A stretch of 64,000 bases of DNA from Lytechinus pictus (Eukaryota), in contig NC_087245.1 in assembly GCF_037042905.1 (NCBI RefSeq), forward strand, positions 31,064,001-31,128,000. The letters run 5' to 3'. Positions 27,201 through 42,200 of the stretch are shown piece by piece (within the stretch, counting starts at the first letter, position 1; every line of letters starts with the position of its first letter). The notes under the pieces are model-generated. The model worked only from the letters and a program-made list of their open reading frames with translations, did not search any database and had not been told where the DNA came from. The translations under genes were made by a program, and so were the position numbers.

Positions 27201-30200
27201 ATTGTAGGCCTATCATCTTTCTCAGAATGTAAAATTTACAAGTATGATAATTTGCATCTTCTGGAGCCATCTTATGTGTAATCATTAGAATTTACTCAGT
27301 GACAAGCTCCTTCACATGGAAAAAGTTAAATATAAGCTAGATATGAATATTTAGGTAGTTTATCCCCAAAAAATGAAGACTAGTGCTAATAATTCATTTT
27401 TGTCAGTGTTTTATATTTTAAATGCACAAGGTAAACCCAAGTCATTTTTAGCCTCTTCCTTTCTTACATGTTGATTCATAGGAACAGGTAGATGTTTCAT
27501 AAAGCTGTTCATCAAATTCCACACAACTTTACAAACAAATGGATTGTTCTTAGGTGCTAGGTCAGCTACGTAGGAATATATCATTTTTCACAAGAAAATA
27601 TCACTAGTGGAGCGTAAAGTCTTTCATAACTTATGAGCAGCTTTATGAAACAGCCACCCGATTGAGATTTTAAAGCAATTAAGAGCTCTCACAAGACAAG
27701 CTACAGCATAAAAGATCAAAGATAAAAACTGCCATTTCAACAAGCTTACTTATTATTGGAAAGCATATTAAAAATGCATTATTTACGTGTAAGCACATAC
27801 AATTACTTTGTCACAATAAGTATTAGACAGCCAATGAAACCGCTGAAGCATTAATCAAGAACATTTTGATAACAGCCTACTAATTAGCACATATTCTCAC
27901 TTTTCTCTTCATTTAAAACAAAATTTGATTTAATGCAATATCTAAACAGCATTATCTTTTATCTAGGTGAATGGAGCCAGCGACAAAGTCTTTTTTTAAA
28001 GCTTGCCATCAAAAGCAGAATAATGCACCAAAAGCTGAGACATTTTTTTTTTCCAGCACACAGGAAAATAGGGTGCTTCGCAAACTTGATTTCCCTTCTC
28101 TATAAAGCTTGGGCTATACCAATTAATTAAATGAAATTACTGGAAACAGATGTTATTTCATACAGGCTTTCATTTATATCATGATATTAAATATTATTCA
28201 CATTTCAGGTATCTTGTACACTCAAAAGCAAATGAGTACAAGCAAATTGTGCACAAATGGTTTAGATTACCATAAACATGATTATATTGTTGAAACTTAA
28301 AGAAACAAGTTGATTTCACCTTTTACAAATACATGTATGGAATAAATCACATGTAACAAGAGGCATATATATGAGAGAAAATATCTCCTCAAATTCAGAG
28401 TTTTCTCTGTGTGACAACTGGCATTTAAATGTCAACACAGCAAGACAAGTACCATACAGAAGTACTTCCTCAACAATTGACACATGATGCCACTTTAGTA
28501 CATGAAACATCTTCTGTTGACATAGCAGACATACAATTAAAAAATATATATCATTTTATCACAGCGAAACAACAAAATCTGGTATTAGAACCTGGCAAAA
28601 ATGCTCCCATATTTTGGTGCATTTTCTGCTTGGCATGTTGCGAGCCAAAAGGTATTCACAAATCTAGCCCTGAACAGATGCAGACAAAGTTTTGAAGTTT
28701 TTATAATTTGTCAAAGCTTTAAATTCTTTCTCATGTTACATATTTTTACTAGGGGAGATTCATTGAATGAACATACATGTAGATGAAGAGAGAAATCCAT
28801 TAAATATATATTCCTCAGTGTGTACATTTTCCATCAAAAAATTATTTTTCATCAAAAAAGTATTGTGAATATTCCATGTTGGACAGAACCTATATGATAA
28901 AATATTCCCTGGCAATCATTGTGATTTCATATTTATGAAAAAAAAATTATTTTTAAAACATAACTTCTTCAAATAATTTACAAAAAATAAAAACTGTACA
29001 AAGCACTGTTTTATCATTTATAATTATTCTAATAAGAATATAAATGAGAAATGCAAATTGTATGTTATTCTAAGGTCTCCATCTGCACTGGTAGGGTCAT
29101 GTCAACTTTCTGTCACCCAACACATCAAGCCGCATTGTACAACAAAATGAGCTTCCTTCATACGACTACATTCTTCCATACCTCAAAGAGATACAAGTTA
29201 ATAGTAACGTCATTTTTTTCTCTAAATCGGACTGAAAGGATGCTGTTTAAGGAACTAGCCAAAGAAACAATTCTGTAGATCATGATATTTTTCTTTTCCT
29301 CTGAGTAATATGGACAAATCCTTTTAAGAATGTTTTTGTATTTGAAAAAACAATTAATGAATTTTGTTTTCTCTCCAACCAGGGTTTAAAAAGTGCATCA
29401 TGGAATGATTAGCCAATATGGACAAATCCTTACAAGAAGAAAGATTATTTTAGAATAGATCAAGCAGATGTCATGCATCTCCAATTTATAGCTTATCAAA
29501 CTAAAAATAGCATGGTAATTTGCATTCAAGCCAGTTTGGTTAAAATTTTGTTTGAGGAAGGAAAAGAACAGTGGGGCGAGGAAGGAAGCTCAAGGATCAC
29601 ATTTTTTAAATGACCATGAGCTTATAGTAAATAGAATAGATCCTAATACAACTATTCAACTATTTAACTTTTACATAAAACGTCTGAAATCAACTTCTGC
29701 ATTAAGATTTTAGATCCTATAGCTTGCCAAATATTTGTTGTAGTTTTATTGGCAGAAAAGGGTTTTGAATTTTCTCTAACTCACTTTCAAGGAACAATAA
29801 TTGGTTGTATAACCCCCCCCCCCAAAAAAAAAAAACCAACATTTTTTCAGGACTTTTAATCACATCTTAAGAGTTTTCTTAATTATCTTGTTTGTTGTAA
29901 ATATGTATCTCTCCTTTATATTCATTTTTTTTCTTCCTCTCTGTTCTTTAATTGACGTATAAACCAATTTTTGTAAAATGTCATACATAAAAAATAAACA
30001 TGTGTTTATTCTACATTCTTACATTTATCATCTTTTAATCCAGCTAGAATTCAGCTATTCTACCTATATTTTTCAATAGTGATACATACATTTTGCAATA
30101 CAAAGACATTTTCCATGTAAATTAGCTATTATTTAGGTCACAACACTTTCACTTGGCTATAATACCAACACCAGCAATTTTCCAATCACTCTGCTTTTAA

Positions 30201-33200
30201 TGAATTCTTGAAAATATTACACTCAGCAGTGATATTAGAAAAAGAAAGACAACCTTTGCTAATCTAGGAACAGAAACATTGAAAAGATGTCAACATCACA
30301 GAAAAAATAACACAAGAACATTTGTACTTGTTAAGGAAGGCAGTACCATCGACTTACCTGGCTTAGCTGAGGTTTTATTGTTTTGAAATATGAGTAATTA
30401 AGAGATATGCAGGTTAATGGGAAAAGATTCTAGAGCAAGGCTATTGTTTTCTTTAATCACATTCATAGGGACATTTCGTAACCATATTTGAAATCAAAAG
30501 TACATACAGTATATAGAATGGAAGATAGACATGCATTAAAGGGACCAATCACTTTAGAAATATGAATTTCAAGTTCCACTCCTTTTTAATATTTTTCTCA
30601 TTTAAAAAAAAATCTAAATAAGATAATTTTAAATGCTCTGTACTGTACCCCCAAGGCATGTATTCCCAACCACAGTGTATTTTTTCCCTTCAATTTAGAT
30701 TCCTATTTCGGTTGCTTTTCTAAATCAAATTTTGATATATTTCTTTCCATCATTTTGACATTTCACTTTTGTAATTTTTTTCATATTCTTTTTTTTTTGT
30801 AGGACTTCATTATAAATCTGAAGTGATTTGTTCCTTTACGAAGTTACGATAACAAGTTTCATTGTGATTATCATGAAACAGGCCTATTCTGGAAGGGTTA
30901 ATACTGCAGAAGAAGTGACTTTGATAAGTCATACTTTCTCATTATCGAGAGAGCATGCTATCTAACTTTGCTCTTCTACTACAAGATCTACAGGTTCTTA
31001 CAAATGGGATTACTAGTAGGAGTGGGCTATTATATACATGGGTCAAAAATACTTTTTTGTAATTTCAATATGACAACTTTTTTTTTTTATTCCTTGTAAT
31101 GTATCTCAACATGAAATGACAATATTTTTTGTCTCGGGTCCGAGAAAAAAGTGTGCCGGGCCAAAATCCAAAATGGCCGCCAAAACCCCCCAAAATCACA
31201 ATTTTGGCCACAACTTTTTTATTTGGTGGTCAATTTCTCTGGTTTTGGTGTCTATTCATATGTTTTGGGGGCAGGCGATTTGTTTTTCCTATAATTACTA
31301 CTTTTAAACCATTATTTGTAGAGTTAAAAGGTAATTATACCTAAATTTTCCCATTTTTTTAGCCTTTTTTCAGCCAAAAAGTAGGTTTTATCATCCTGGG
31401 GTTCTGGGATATTAGATGGTACGAGGTCAACAATAGCAAGCAGCTTCATATAGCTATATTGCTTTTATTCCTCCACTTTGGGTTTTACGGACATACTGCA
31501 CTGCATAAATGCGTTGGCCACCATGACAGATAACAAGGCTTGTATAAACTATAGTGTCATAGAAATGAGCTCTCAGGTTTAGAATTAGATGCCTCAGAAA
31601 TTGAAGATATGTTTTGTCTCAGAAATTGAGGACATGTTTTGTCAAATATGCTAATTCAGGGGGCGGAGAGAGGTAATTTACACTGTAGCTATTCTGGGCC
31701 CCGTTGCATACAAATTTACCATTATGTTAACTTAACTTAATGGTAACTTGCATGCAATCCTTTATTCTGATTGGCTGTTGATCAGCGTTACCATGATACT
31801 AGTAGTTACCTGACCCCATAAACATAGGCCAGTTAGACACCAGAACCAGGTTAAAAAAAAGCCTCCAAATGAAGAAGATATGGCTAAAAATGTGATGTAC
31901 GTATATATACATAAATGTGATATTTACAGTAAGTGTAAGTTACGTTGCTGGTTTCACCATGTACATCAGCTGACAAGGAATCAAATTCACAATCTAATTC
32001 TAAACCTTTGAAGCTCATTTCTATGACACTATAGTTTATATACAGGCCTTGTCATATGCCATGGTGGTCAATGCATGGATATATGCAGTGTAGTATGTAC
32101 AGTGCATTGTACAGTGCATTGTACACCGTATGGCCCCTATGGGTAAATGACATTTTCTTTTATTTGATAAGATATATTTCACAAATATCCGTAAAACCCA
32201 AAGTGGAGGAATAAAAGCAATATAGCTATATGAAGCTGCTTGCAATTGTTGACCTCGTACCATCTAATATCCAAGAACCCCAGGATGATAAAACCTTCTT
32301 TTTGGCTGAAAAAAGGCTACAAAAATGGGAAAATTTAGGTATAATTACCTTTTAAGTCTGCAAATAATGGTTTAAAAGTAGTTATTATAGGAAAAACAAA
32401 TTGCCTGCCCCCAAAACATATGAATAGACACCAAAACCAGAGAAATTGACCACCAAATAAAAAAGTTGTGGCCAAAACTGTGATTTTGGGGGGTTTTGGC
32501 GGCCATTTTGGATTTTGGCCGGGCATACTTTTTTTTCGGACCCGAGACAAAAAATATTGTCATTTCATGTTGAGATAAGGTAAAAAGAACACAAAAAAAC
32601 TGTTCCCACAGTAAAACCAAAAATCACCCATTTATAGCCCACTCCTATTACTAGAAGAAAAAAAAGTAAAAAACTATTCTGTAAATCTACTGTCAAAGTA
32701 TTTCATGCTGGTATTCTTCAGATAAAACCACCAACAAGGGGGGGGACATTTCAGTAAGTTTTTTTGGTGATTTTTCCTGACTAATTTACTCTTAGCCAAT
32801 CAGATGCAAGGATTTCAGTAGCTTATAACATCTGTCAGTGAATATCACTGACAAAAACTCTACATTAAACACTCTCACTGTCAGAGGAACTATTCCAATC
32901 ACCTTTAAAGTGGTCTCAGTTTTAAATCTGACGTATATGAAGGAGTGTGATGTCATCTATACTGTCTATGGTGCCTAGGCTAATCTACATGGTGCTTCTA
33001 CAACCATACATTCCTCATGCAAGCACATTCCACATTGTGCCACATGCACTGTGCAACCTAACATTTTTCGCTGTATTTTGGAATTTCGATTTCATCTAAT
33101 GTATTCACAATTTCAAATAATGATCAATCTTTGGGAAATTACCTCTCAAAATTTCATTATTCTGTAAACGAAGTTTTATTTTATTCTTTCTCATATAATC

Positions 33201-36200
33201 CATCTCCATCTCACACAATCTAATGATAGTATACTCTCCAACAATTATCAACTTAGCAAGGATCCAATAAGATCTATATTTTGGAAACTTTTATAAAAAT
33301 ATGAAAGTGAAATTAAATGAATTCTTCCATAAATGTACTTGTACAAAATGAAAAAAAAATGGAGTGCTATAATTGACACTTAAAAGTAAAACAGTAAACT
33401 TTCTATTCTGATGTCATGCACAGGCATAGGGAAAGACTCAACGGTGTAAAATGGTAGAGTCTGGTACAAATTCGATTTGAATAAATATCGACCCTTGTAC
33501 CAAAGCAAGCACTTGTCAGCACTTTTAAAGTTTACAGAATTTTAATGTGCATTGAATCCATTTTCAATGCATTCTTTTACTGACGAACATTTAAATTAAA
33601 ATACATATATTTTCAAAAAAACTAATTTTTATCCCAAGTATGATCAAGGTGATCATAGAATGATACACCCACACTTGTTACTTTGGGCAATTTTGCAAAT
33701 TATGTACGTCTGATCCCTATATTCCTGAAATATTGATCTCTATTTTCTAGTTCATATATAAAGTGATCATGCTCTCAGATTATCATGGTTTGAGCAGTTC
33801 TTTGAATTAAAGTATAGTACAGTACATAGGGTCAGACATAAAAAAAGGTTTAATGTAATTGCCCATCTTGAAAATTTTTGAGCAGCAGAGGAAGCAGTTT
33901 AGGGAGAAGACTAACAGCGAGAAAACCTAAAAATTTGTAATTGCCGACTGGTGCCCACTTTGGCAGGATGTGGTCTGATACAGGATTACTTTCAGTATAA
34001 TTACATGGTGCTTCCACACTCATTCAGTGCTTGAACAAGGAAAGAAGGTAAAAGAAGAGAGACCTACCCTGGATCTTGAGGCTGGTGTAGGTGGCGTTGG
34101 CCTCGTCCATGGCGCAGGCGTAGCGACCCTTGTCCTCGGGCTGGACATCGTGGATGATAAGCTTCCTGGTGTTGCCGTCGGAGATGACCTCGAACTTGTC
34201 CGATGGTTCCAGAGGTAAGTTGTCCTTGAACCAGAAGACCTCGGCCTCGGGAGCCGTGACCTGGGTCAGGAGCTCGAAGTCCTCGCCAGCGAAGACCTCG
34301 GACATTGGGTCGAGCTTGGCCGACATGCTGGGTGCCTCTGTCAAAGGTGAAAGGTCAAGGTCAAAGATGCGAATATTAGATTTGAGTTTGACATTGTAGA
34401 AAAAGTTTCAATGTTAATGACAAATACTGCACAATATCTATCCATTCATAAAAGTAATATAAGGAAGAAGCAATGGTTAGGATGTTTAACAAAATCACTG
34501 GAGGGAAAATGATGCTTGGAACAATATTCCAATCTTATCTTATTCTTTAAAGAATGAGAATTTTCATACTTAATTTGACAAGTCTACGGAAGACAGTGGA
34601 AGACATGCTTTCAGAAATATATAAAAATCTTGTTTCGGAAAAAAATTGACAAAAATTAGGTTCATGATGGAAATGGTTTGTAAAATCAGGCGCAAATTAG
34701 TTGTCTAAAGCTGAAAATCAAACATTTAATCCTGGACTCACCGATAACAGCTACGTTTCCTGTGGACTCCAGCTTGCCAAACTTGCAAGTGTATTTGCCC
34801 TTGTCTTCGAATTCGGCCTTGTCAAAGATGAGTTTCCTGACGCCCATCTCCACATCAGGTCTGATGCGATCATTGCCGGTGAATGGCTTACCGTCCTTGG
34901 TCCATTCAACCTGTGCAGAAAGTACAGGACAAAGCAAGGTGATGAAACAGACTGATCACAATGCAACACATTTTCTGATTTTTGTCTCTCTTTTTTAAAT
35001 TTATTTATTCATTTGTAGTTTTATTTATACAGGGTGGCATTGTCAGTTTCAAAACTACTTTCCACAACGGCCCTGCCATAAAATACAATGTGCTATAATC
35101 AATATAATTGAATCAGTAATATTTACATAATCAATAGCACAAATTGAATATTCACTTATATACATATCTATATAAATATGGAACCCAAAAGAATTGAACA
35201 AGACTAACAAACACAAAAATATACATTAAAATCTAAACAATGAATCAATTCATTTCAAAATAAACGAAACCCTCAAAAACATACCCAATGAACGATTTTG
35301 AAAAAAAGTAAACAAATAATATGAAGTTCGTCCCAATCCAATAATTAAGATAAAATTAATATCATACAATCACACATTTTTGTTAAACCAGGCTTTGAAA
35401 TGACTATTTTCCTTCATTTATTGTGATTATTATTATTATTACTTTATTTTATATTTACAGTGAACTCTCCCAAGTGACTTATTGTTGGTTTTTGGGGGTG
35501 GCTGCTAGAACATTTCATAAATTATTTCTTCTTTTAATACCTTGGCTTCTGCATCAGTGATCTCACATTCCAGGACTCCAGTGCGCTTCTCAACGATGCT
35601 GATATCCTTAAGCTCTTGAAGGAACTTGGGTTTGGCTAAAAACACAAAACAAACAAACAATACAACATTATACAAAAAATTCTTCATCTTTTTTCATGCA
35701 TTTTTTGTATCACTAAAAATACTATGAGATGGCGAGATGGCGAGAAAGCTCAAATGGTATAGAAGGGTTTTTTTTATTCTGGGAATACGGTTCAATTCCC
35801 ACTTGGTGCATCTGTCATTTATCCTACTAAACAGGCCCCTTGTAGAGGACCTGAAGCCTTCAGTCCTCTGGTTGCTTGATTACAAGCATTCATGTCTTCT
35901 TAGCAAGTAGGTAAAAACATGACCGTCAATCACAACCACCAAGATGTTGAATGTTGACAGAAAACTCCCAAATTCAATGTTAAGAACTTCAACATGTATA
36001 TCTTCAGTCTAAAGTATCACAAAATATACTTATATAGGCTCCAAGATGAAGTAAAATCTTCTCAGAAATTGAATTTTTCTATGGTATTTTTCACTATGGT
36101 AAATTTGCCATTCTAGCAACTAACATGGTAACGAGGCTCATTAGCCAATCACAATCAAGGTAACCATGGGAGTTACATTATTGAAAAAAATTACAATAGT

Positions 36201-39200
36201 ACAAAAAGTCTTTTTTAAAACAGGGACCAGATACAATAAAAGAATGCTCGAGGCTACCCACCCTTGACGAGCAGACCAGCACAGCACTCCTGCCTGTCGA
36301 CCTTGAGAATGACCTCTCCCTGGTCCTCGGCTGTCACTTTCTTGACAACGAGGGAGTGCTTGCGACCAAGCTTCTTGATCTCGTACTTGGGAATGTCCTT
36401 GGCGGTGATCTTCTTGCCGTCCTTGAACCAGGTGATCTCAAACTTGTCGCCGCTGAGCTCGGCCGTGTACTTGGCGTCGGCGCCCTCGTCCACCTCCACC
36501 GTCTTGATCAACGTGATGAAGTCAATCTTTGGCTTGGAAGCTGTGGACAAGGAAAGCAGTAAAGCGCATCTAGAAAGGGACCGACTGGATCTATAAACCC
36601 CACATGCCAATGACCCTGATTAAATACTTCAAATTATCAACATGATTTTTTACATTTATTTATTCCTTTGATGCATTTTTGTTTGATTTAATTTCTGTTC
36701 ATTTAATTGGAGACACAAAAGGCAATAAATGAAATATTACAAAATACTAACATAATTTGAATTCATTCTTTTTATGCATTTTCAATTTGAGTTGATATCA
36801 TTTCATTTGAGACCCAAAAAAAAAAAAAAATTTAGAATGTTCATGTAAATGACTTCATCTTCTTTAGATATGAACATACTGGGCCCTCTAACACAAACCT
36901 TTGTGATTAATCTTACAATCTATTTCATGAATTGATTACACATACTGATTAATGCAATCAATTGCTCAAAAATAACCCTGTCATCAATCTTATCAATCAT
37001 GAGGAAATAGGTATCAATTTTCTCTATTGATTACACATACTGATCAAAGCAATCAATCGCTGAAAACTGCCCTATAATCAATCTTATCAATCATGTTGAA
37101 ATGGGTATCAAATTTTTTTCCATTGATTGCACAAAGTGATTAATGTAATCAATTGCTAAAAACGGCCCTATGAACAATCATATCAATCATTCAGCTTTGT
37201 GTCAATAGGCCTTGCTATTGAAGTCTAGTATACAGAAATATGAGAGCAAACAATATATTTTCTTCTAAATGAATTTTTACATCTATATCCCTTTCTCTGC
37301 CATTCATTAAACTCTTCATCTTGTCACATAACGTCCTATTACAAATCCAACCATTTTTGTCCCGGTCAATATTGCATGTGATAATAAAATATTTTGGTCA
37401 TAATAAAAATAAGCCACAAAATATCCTTAAAATGAAAATAAATGAGAGCTTACGTGTCATTTCTCTATTATATGACATTCTATCAAAACAACCAAGACTA
37501 ATATCCCCATTTTTATCACAAACATTATGCTAAATAAATGTGCATTCTTTTGGAGGTTGCTGCCAAAAAAGTTGCATTGCAGCAATAAAAATGTATTATG
37601 ATTGATATTATAAAGATAAATAAATGATCATTTGAGTTCTCAAAGATATTTTTAAATAAACATTGAAACATAATCTAACAAAGATGTTTAAAGTTTTATC
37701 ATAAAAACGTCACCATACATATCTATATTACCCGTTGATGATGAACTCATACAATATCATTTCATCTGTAATACATTATGCAAGACGAAAGAGTATTTTG
37801 ATTTCTCATGCTATATAGCTATTCAAAGCAAAGCAGAGTGCGAAAGCTTATACCATCCGTACATTATATACCTGACAATAAGCATAAATCATTCGCTATT
37901 AATTTAGCTGCTTCCATATAGATTTGTTTGCTTTTTATATGATAAGCATCTGTTTTGTATCCTCAAAATTAGCACTTTCAGTACGAAAATATATAATCAT
38001 GATGCAGTGAAATTTGATCCATGCATTGACCCTTTATATACCGGTATGTCAAAAAAAAACATCATCTTTCTTAGATCCGATGTTGTATGATATTGTAAAT
38101 GAACAAGTCCAATCACAGTGGACTTGTAAGTATAGTCTGCAATTTCAAACCTTATTTTATTTTGTATTCAGGATTTAAAATATCTTTATAAGAATATCAA
38201 TTTTGTTATCATCGTTTTAGTAGCATTCTCAAATCTTTTAAGTGCCCCAAGTCTTGCCAATCAACTTGTATTGAGTTAGATCATTTGTATCAAAATGTGA
38301 TACCCAATACATGATCAAATCTGCAATCTATATCTTCTAAGTTCATAATGAAATTACTGTTTGTTTACTTTTTTTTTACTACTTCTTCCAAATTCATGAT
38401 TCTTCCGATTCATTTCTTCCAAATGAATAACATTCCAAATCCTTCACTAGAGCACATACACTGTGTATATCTACATGTAGTGGGCTTTTGATATCTATTT
38501 ACTTGCACAGCGGTGACTTGCTTGCAGAATACATGTACCTCATTCCTATCTCGCCCGTGCCTATCTTACTAGTTTTATTTCTTGTTGTGTGGTGAGCTTT
38601 TGGTGTATCGATCCAAGGAGATTTTGTGCAAATAAGAAAAAATACCTGTGGGATAAACATGTGATTAAGGAATTGGGGGACATTCGTGTGTCACCAAGGG
38701 AACTTTGGACAAGTACATTCCAGGAATGTGTTGCGTTTACCAGGAATATCTTGCATAACCCATGCAAAATGCATTCCAATTGGACTTGAAACGATTAACA
38801 AGAATACATGTACATGAAGCATTGCAATGTGGGGGGGGGGGGCATTCTGATGGACGGGAAATTCGTAAGACTTTATTAGAATTGCTTGACAGAAGGGTTT
38901 AAACCTTTGAAAATTTCTGAACGTGATGGCTACTTGTGAGGAATTCAAGAGATTTGGAGTATGATTGCAGATAAAATTGCAAGGTTTTTTTTTCCTTTCT
39001 CTATTAAAATGATCAATAAAATTGTATAACTTTCGAATTATTGTTAAATATAGCAAAATATTGACTTTATTCATTCACATATCTGTTCTGACATAGCAAC
39101 AGGGCTATCTAAATTTGAAGTTGTTCAGAAAGAGTCAGGTCTAAACTTGGTCCCTTCATTTCAATTCTGGAAGAGCTTTATGACACATCAACTGTTACAT

Positions 39201-42200
39201 GGCTTTATTGGTAAATCATTTCTCAAGCGAATCGACATACCCCTAACAAGTGAGCACATTCGTGGGATATTTCAGGTGATGACGATTTTCAAATATCATC
39301 AATCGTAATAAAAATCTTGAAACAAGACAGAATATGGAAATGATTTACCTTAATAAACATAAACAGAATATGTGTCATATCAACTCTTCGGACACTGCCC
39401 AACTGACAAACGAACTACGAACAGCTTTTGGAAGAAAGTCATTAATAGCTTCAAATGCATGTCATTGTGTATAAAACATCTCCAGATGAGATATTCTACA
39501 GAATAAAACAAAAATATCAACATCAATGATTCACGATGATGTTGGTTATTTTAGTGTAGAATTTTGTTCTGCTTGAAATTCTGTACGTGCTGATGTTTTG
39601 AATTTTCTTCCAATATTCTGTAAACAGGTCGATTGTGGAGTTGTAGGCAGTGAGTGGCCCTCCTCAGTCCCATATCATTGATTGAGGTGTTATTGTTTAG
39701 TAGCCTACCGTCCTTGGGCATGAGTCCTTGCTTCTGTAGTTTCCTGTACTCCGGCTCACTCATCTGTGCCAAACACACATGCTCTGAAGGGGTTCAGGCG
39801 GAATAAAGACATGTCAGGGCTTGAAAAGGGTGGGGGAGGGGAACGAAAGGGGGGTGGGGCCAGGATCGTTCCAGGGCCACGGCTTGGATTGGATCAAGCC
39901 ATTGTTATGTCAGAGGGGTGTGTTGTACAAGAGCAAAACGGGTGTATCCATTTGGCACACTGTCAAGGCTGCACAGAACAAGGTAACATAAGGATGAACA
40001 GATCCAAAACAAACTTTGTCATTTTTTTAAAATAAATAAATATGAATAATACAAGATTTATATAGCACAAGTATCCACCTTGTTAGGTGCTCAAGGCACT
40101 CCTATATGACCCGGCTAAGCTAGTCTACCAATTCCAGTGCTCACAGCTTCTAGTATGGTTCTAGTATAATTTATAAACAAAAGTATTTTAAAAACCTTTT
40201 GGACTGAAAAAAAAACATTCATCAGTATTGCTTGATATTTTTTTCTATTGATCAATAAGGTTTCTATCAAAATAGTTACATTAAAAGAATTTTGAAAAAT
40301 ATCTTTTATGCTAGTTTTGTAACAATACCTATTCAATGATTTATCAACAAATGGTTGAGCCAAGTTCCCCTTGCACAACACTTATTTTCCTCTAACTTAC
40401 AATGGATTGAATTGGTAAAATGTTAATTTTAGTTAGCTATTGAAATTATTTTGACATGCAATCATGCGATAGAAGATATGTAATAGTATGGATAGCATGC
40501 TTATATAACAATCTTAAAGAAAGTGAAACTAATTATTTCATTTTGTACTCGTTGCAGAAATTTTCCCGAGAAGAATATTTTAATTATTGAATAATGCTTG
40601 GCTTCCATAGAGGTTTATTTACACAAGTTGCCTGCAGCTTCTAAAATTCAGTTTTTATACATGCTAACATCTTTTGGCAAAAACTTCCTCTTTCAATAAT
40701 GGAATTGACTTTAAAATTACTTAATGGAAATTAATTGAATATCTGGAATGTATTAATTATAACCAAAAATAATCTGATATCTGACACTGATGAAACTATT
40801 TGATTTGGCGATCCAAATACAATCATGCAATTAATTCTGTATCATCTGATATTTCAATGTTACTTTTGAATGTTGCTTTTATCTTATTGCAAAATAAAGT
40901 TTACATTGAATTGAATGATGACTTTTGTCCTTTCCCCATAATAGTCACTGTGAGTTTGCTTTTAAAATATTATTATGAAAAATTAATAGCCCCCCCCCCC
41001 CCCCTCAAATGACTGTTTTTTAATCATGAATTATGGTATGTTTTGATTGGTTAGTAGTTGTCATGGATTAAAAGAAATAACATGAATACTACAAACATGC
41101 ATCTGATGCTATAACAAACAGCATACTACGAGTAGACTACACAAAGTGATCTAGTCAATGTATATTGTGGTGTGTTTATACTGTCATGAGTACACCAGTA
41201 AAAATTAAAGTCACTCATACCCTTCGAGCGAAAGTTTGATAATCTATCTTAAAAACTCTGCAGTTTAATTGTATACTGCTTGTTAGTGATTTCTTTTTAG
41301 CTGTAAGCCTGAAATTGCAACTTCTCAAGAAATAGGTTGGCATATAAAAGCGATAAAAGTAAATCTGGCAGAAAAATGTTTGAAATTGCTCTTTTACATT
41401 TACTTTTACTTTTGCAAAAAGAGCTTCCAAGGTTCAATATAGTAAGTTGTAATTTGACACCAACAGAAGGAAAAGAAATAACCAAAACTCATAAAATGAT
41501 GTGTGTTTTTTTTCATGCTAATAATGCTGTAATTTTTGTCTATAGCATTTCCTAATGTTATTAATTTTAATGTTATTATTTTTACTAACTAATCGCATTG
41601 GCATCAAAGGGTATGAGTGTTTATTTATTTTTACTGCTCATTGATGTACTAAATGCATTAAGCTGTATGAAGAATAATGCCTATTTTCTTCAATAAATAA
41701 CTATATCTAATGTGAGTTGATGATATGAATTCATATGATGCGTATAAATAATTGTTCATAATTGATTCAGATAAAGTTTATTCCAACATGCATGCTAATG
41801 ATAAGTTTAGAATAAGCTGAAGAAGTGCTATGCTGTTTCAGTATACTAGAATTAGAGCCAACTACTTCTATTATTGCATAAATCTTCTTAAGCAAAGAGA
41901 GATAATAATGATGAAAATTATTAATATTATCATAGAGAAAATTATGTATGATAAACAGAAGAATATAAACTTCAGAAGTGATTATTCAAACATTTGAAAA
42001 AAGGAAAGAAATTGTTAAATTAAGGAAAGCAATAAATTATACAAATTACAAAAGTCTTGTATTAAAAGAGTTTTAAAGAAAACAAATCTTTAGAGGTTGT
42101 TTATCAAAATATATAAACATTAAATAAGAATATTCATAAGTTAATAAAAGCAAATAAAATAAATTCACAATAAAAATCAATAAATTAACAAAACTATTCA

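Noticed and set aside
31116..32620. Duplicated ORFs on opposite strands
   Set aside because: Mirror products of the foldback arms; no transposase motifs
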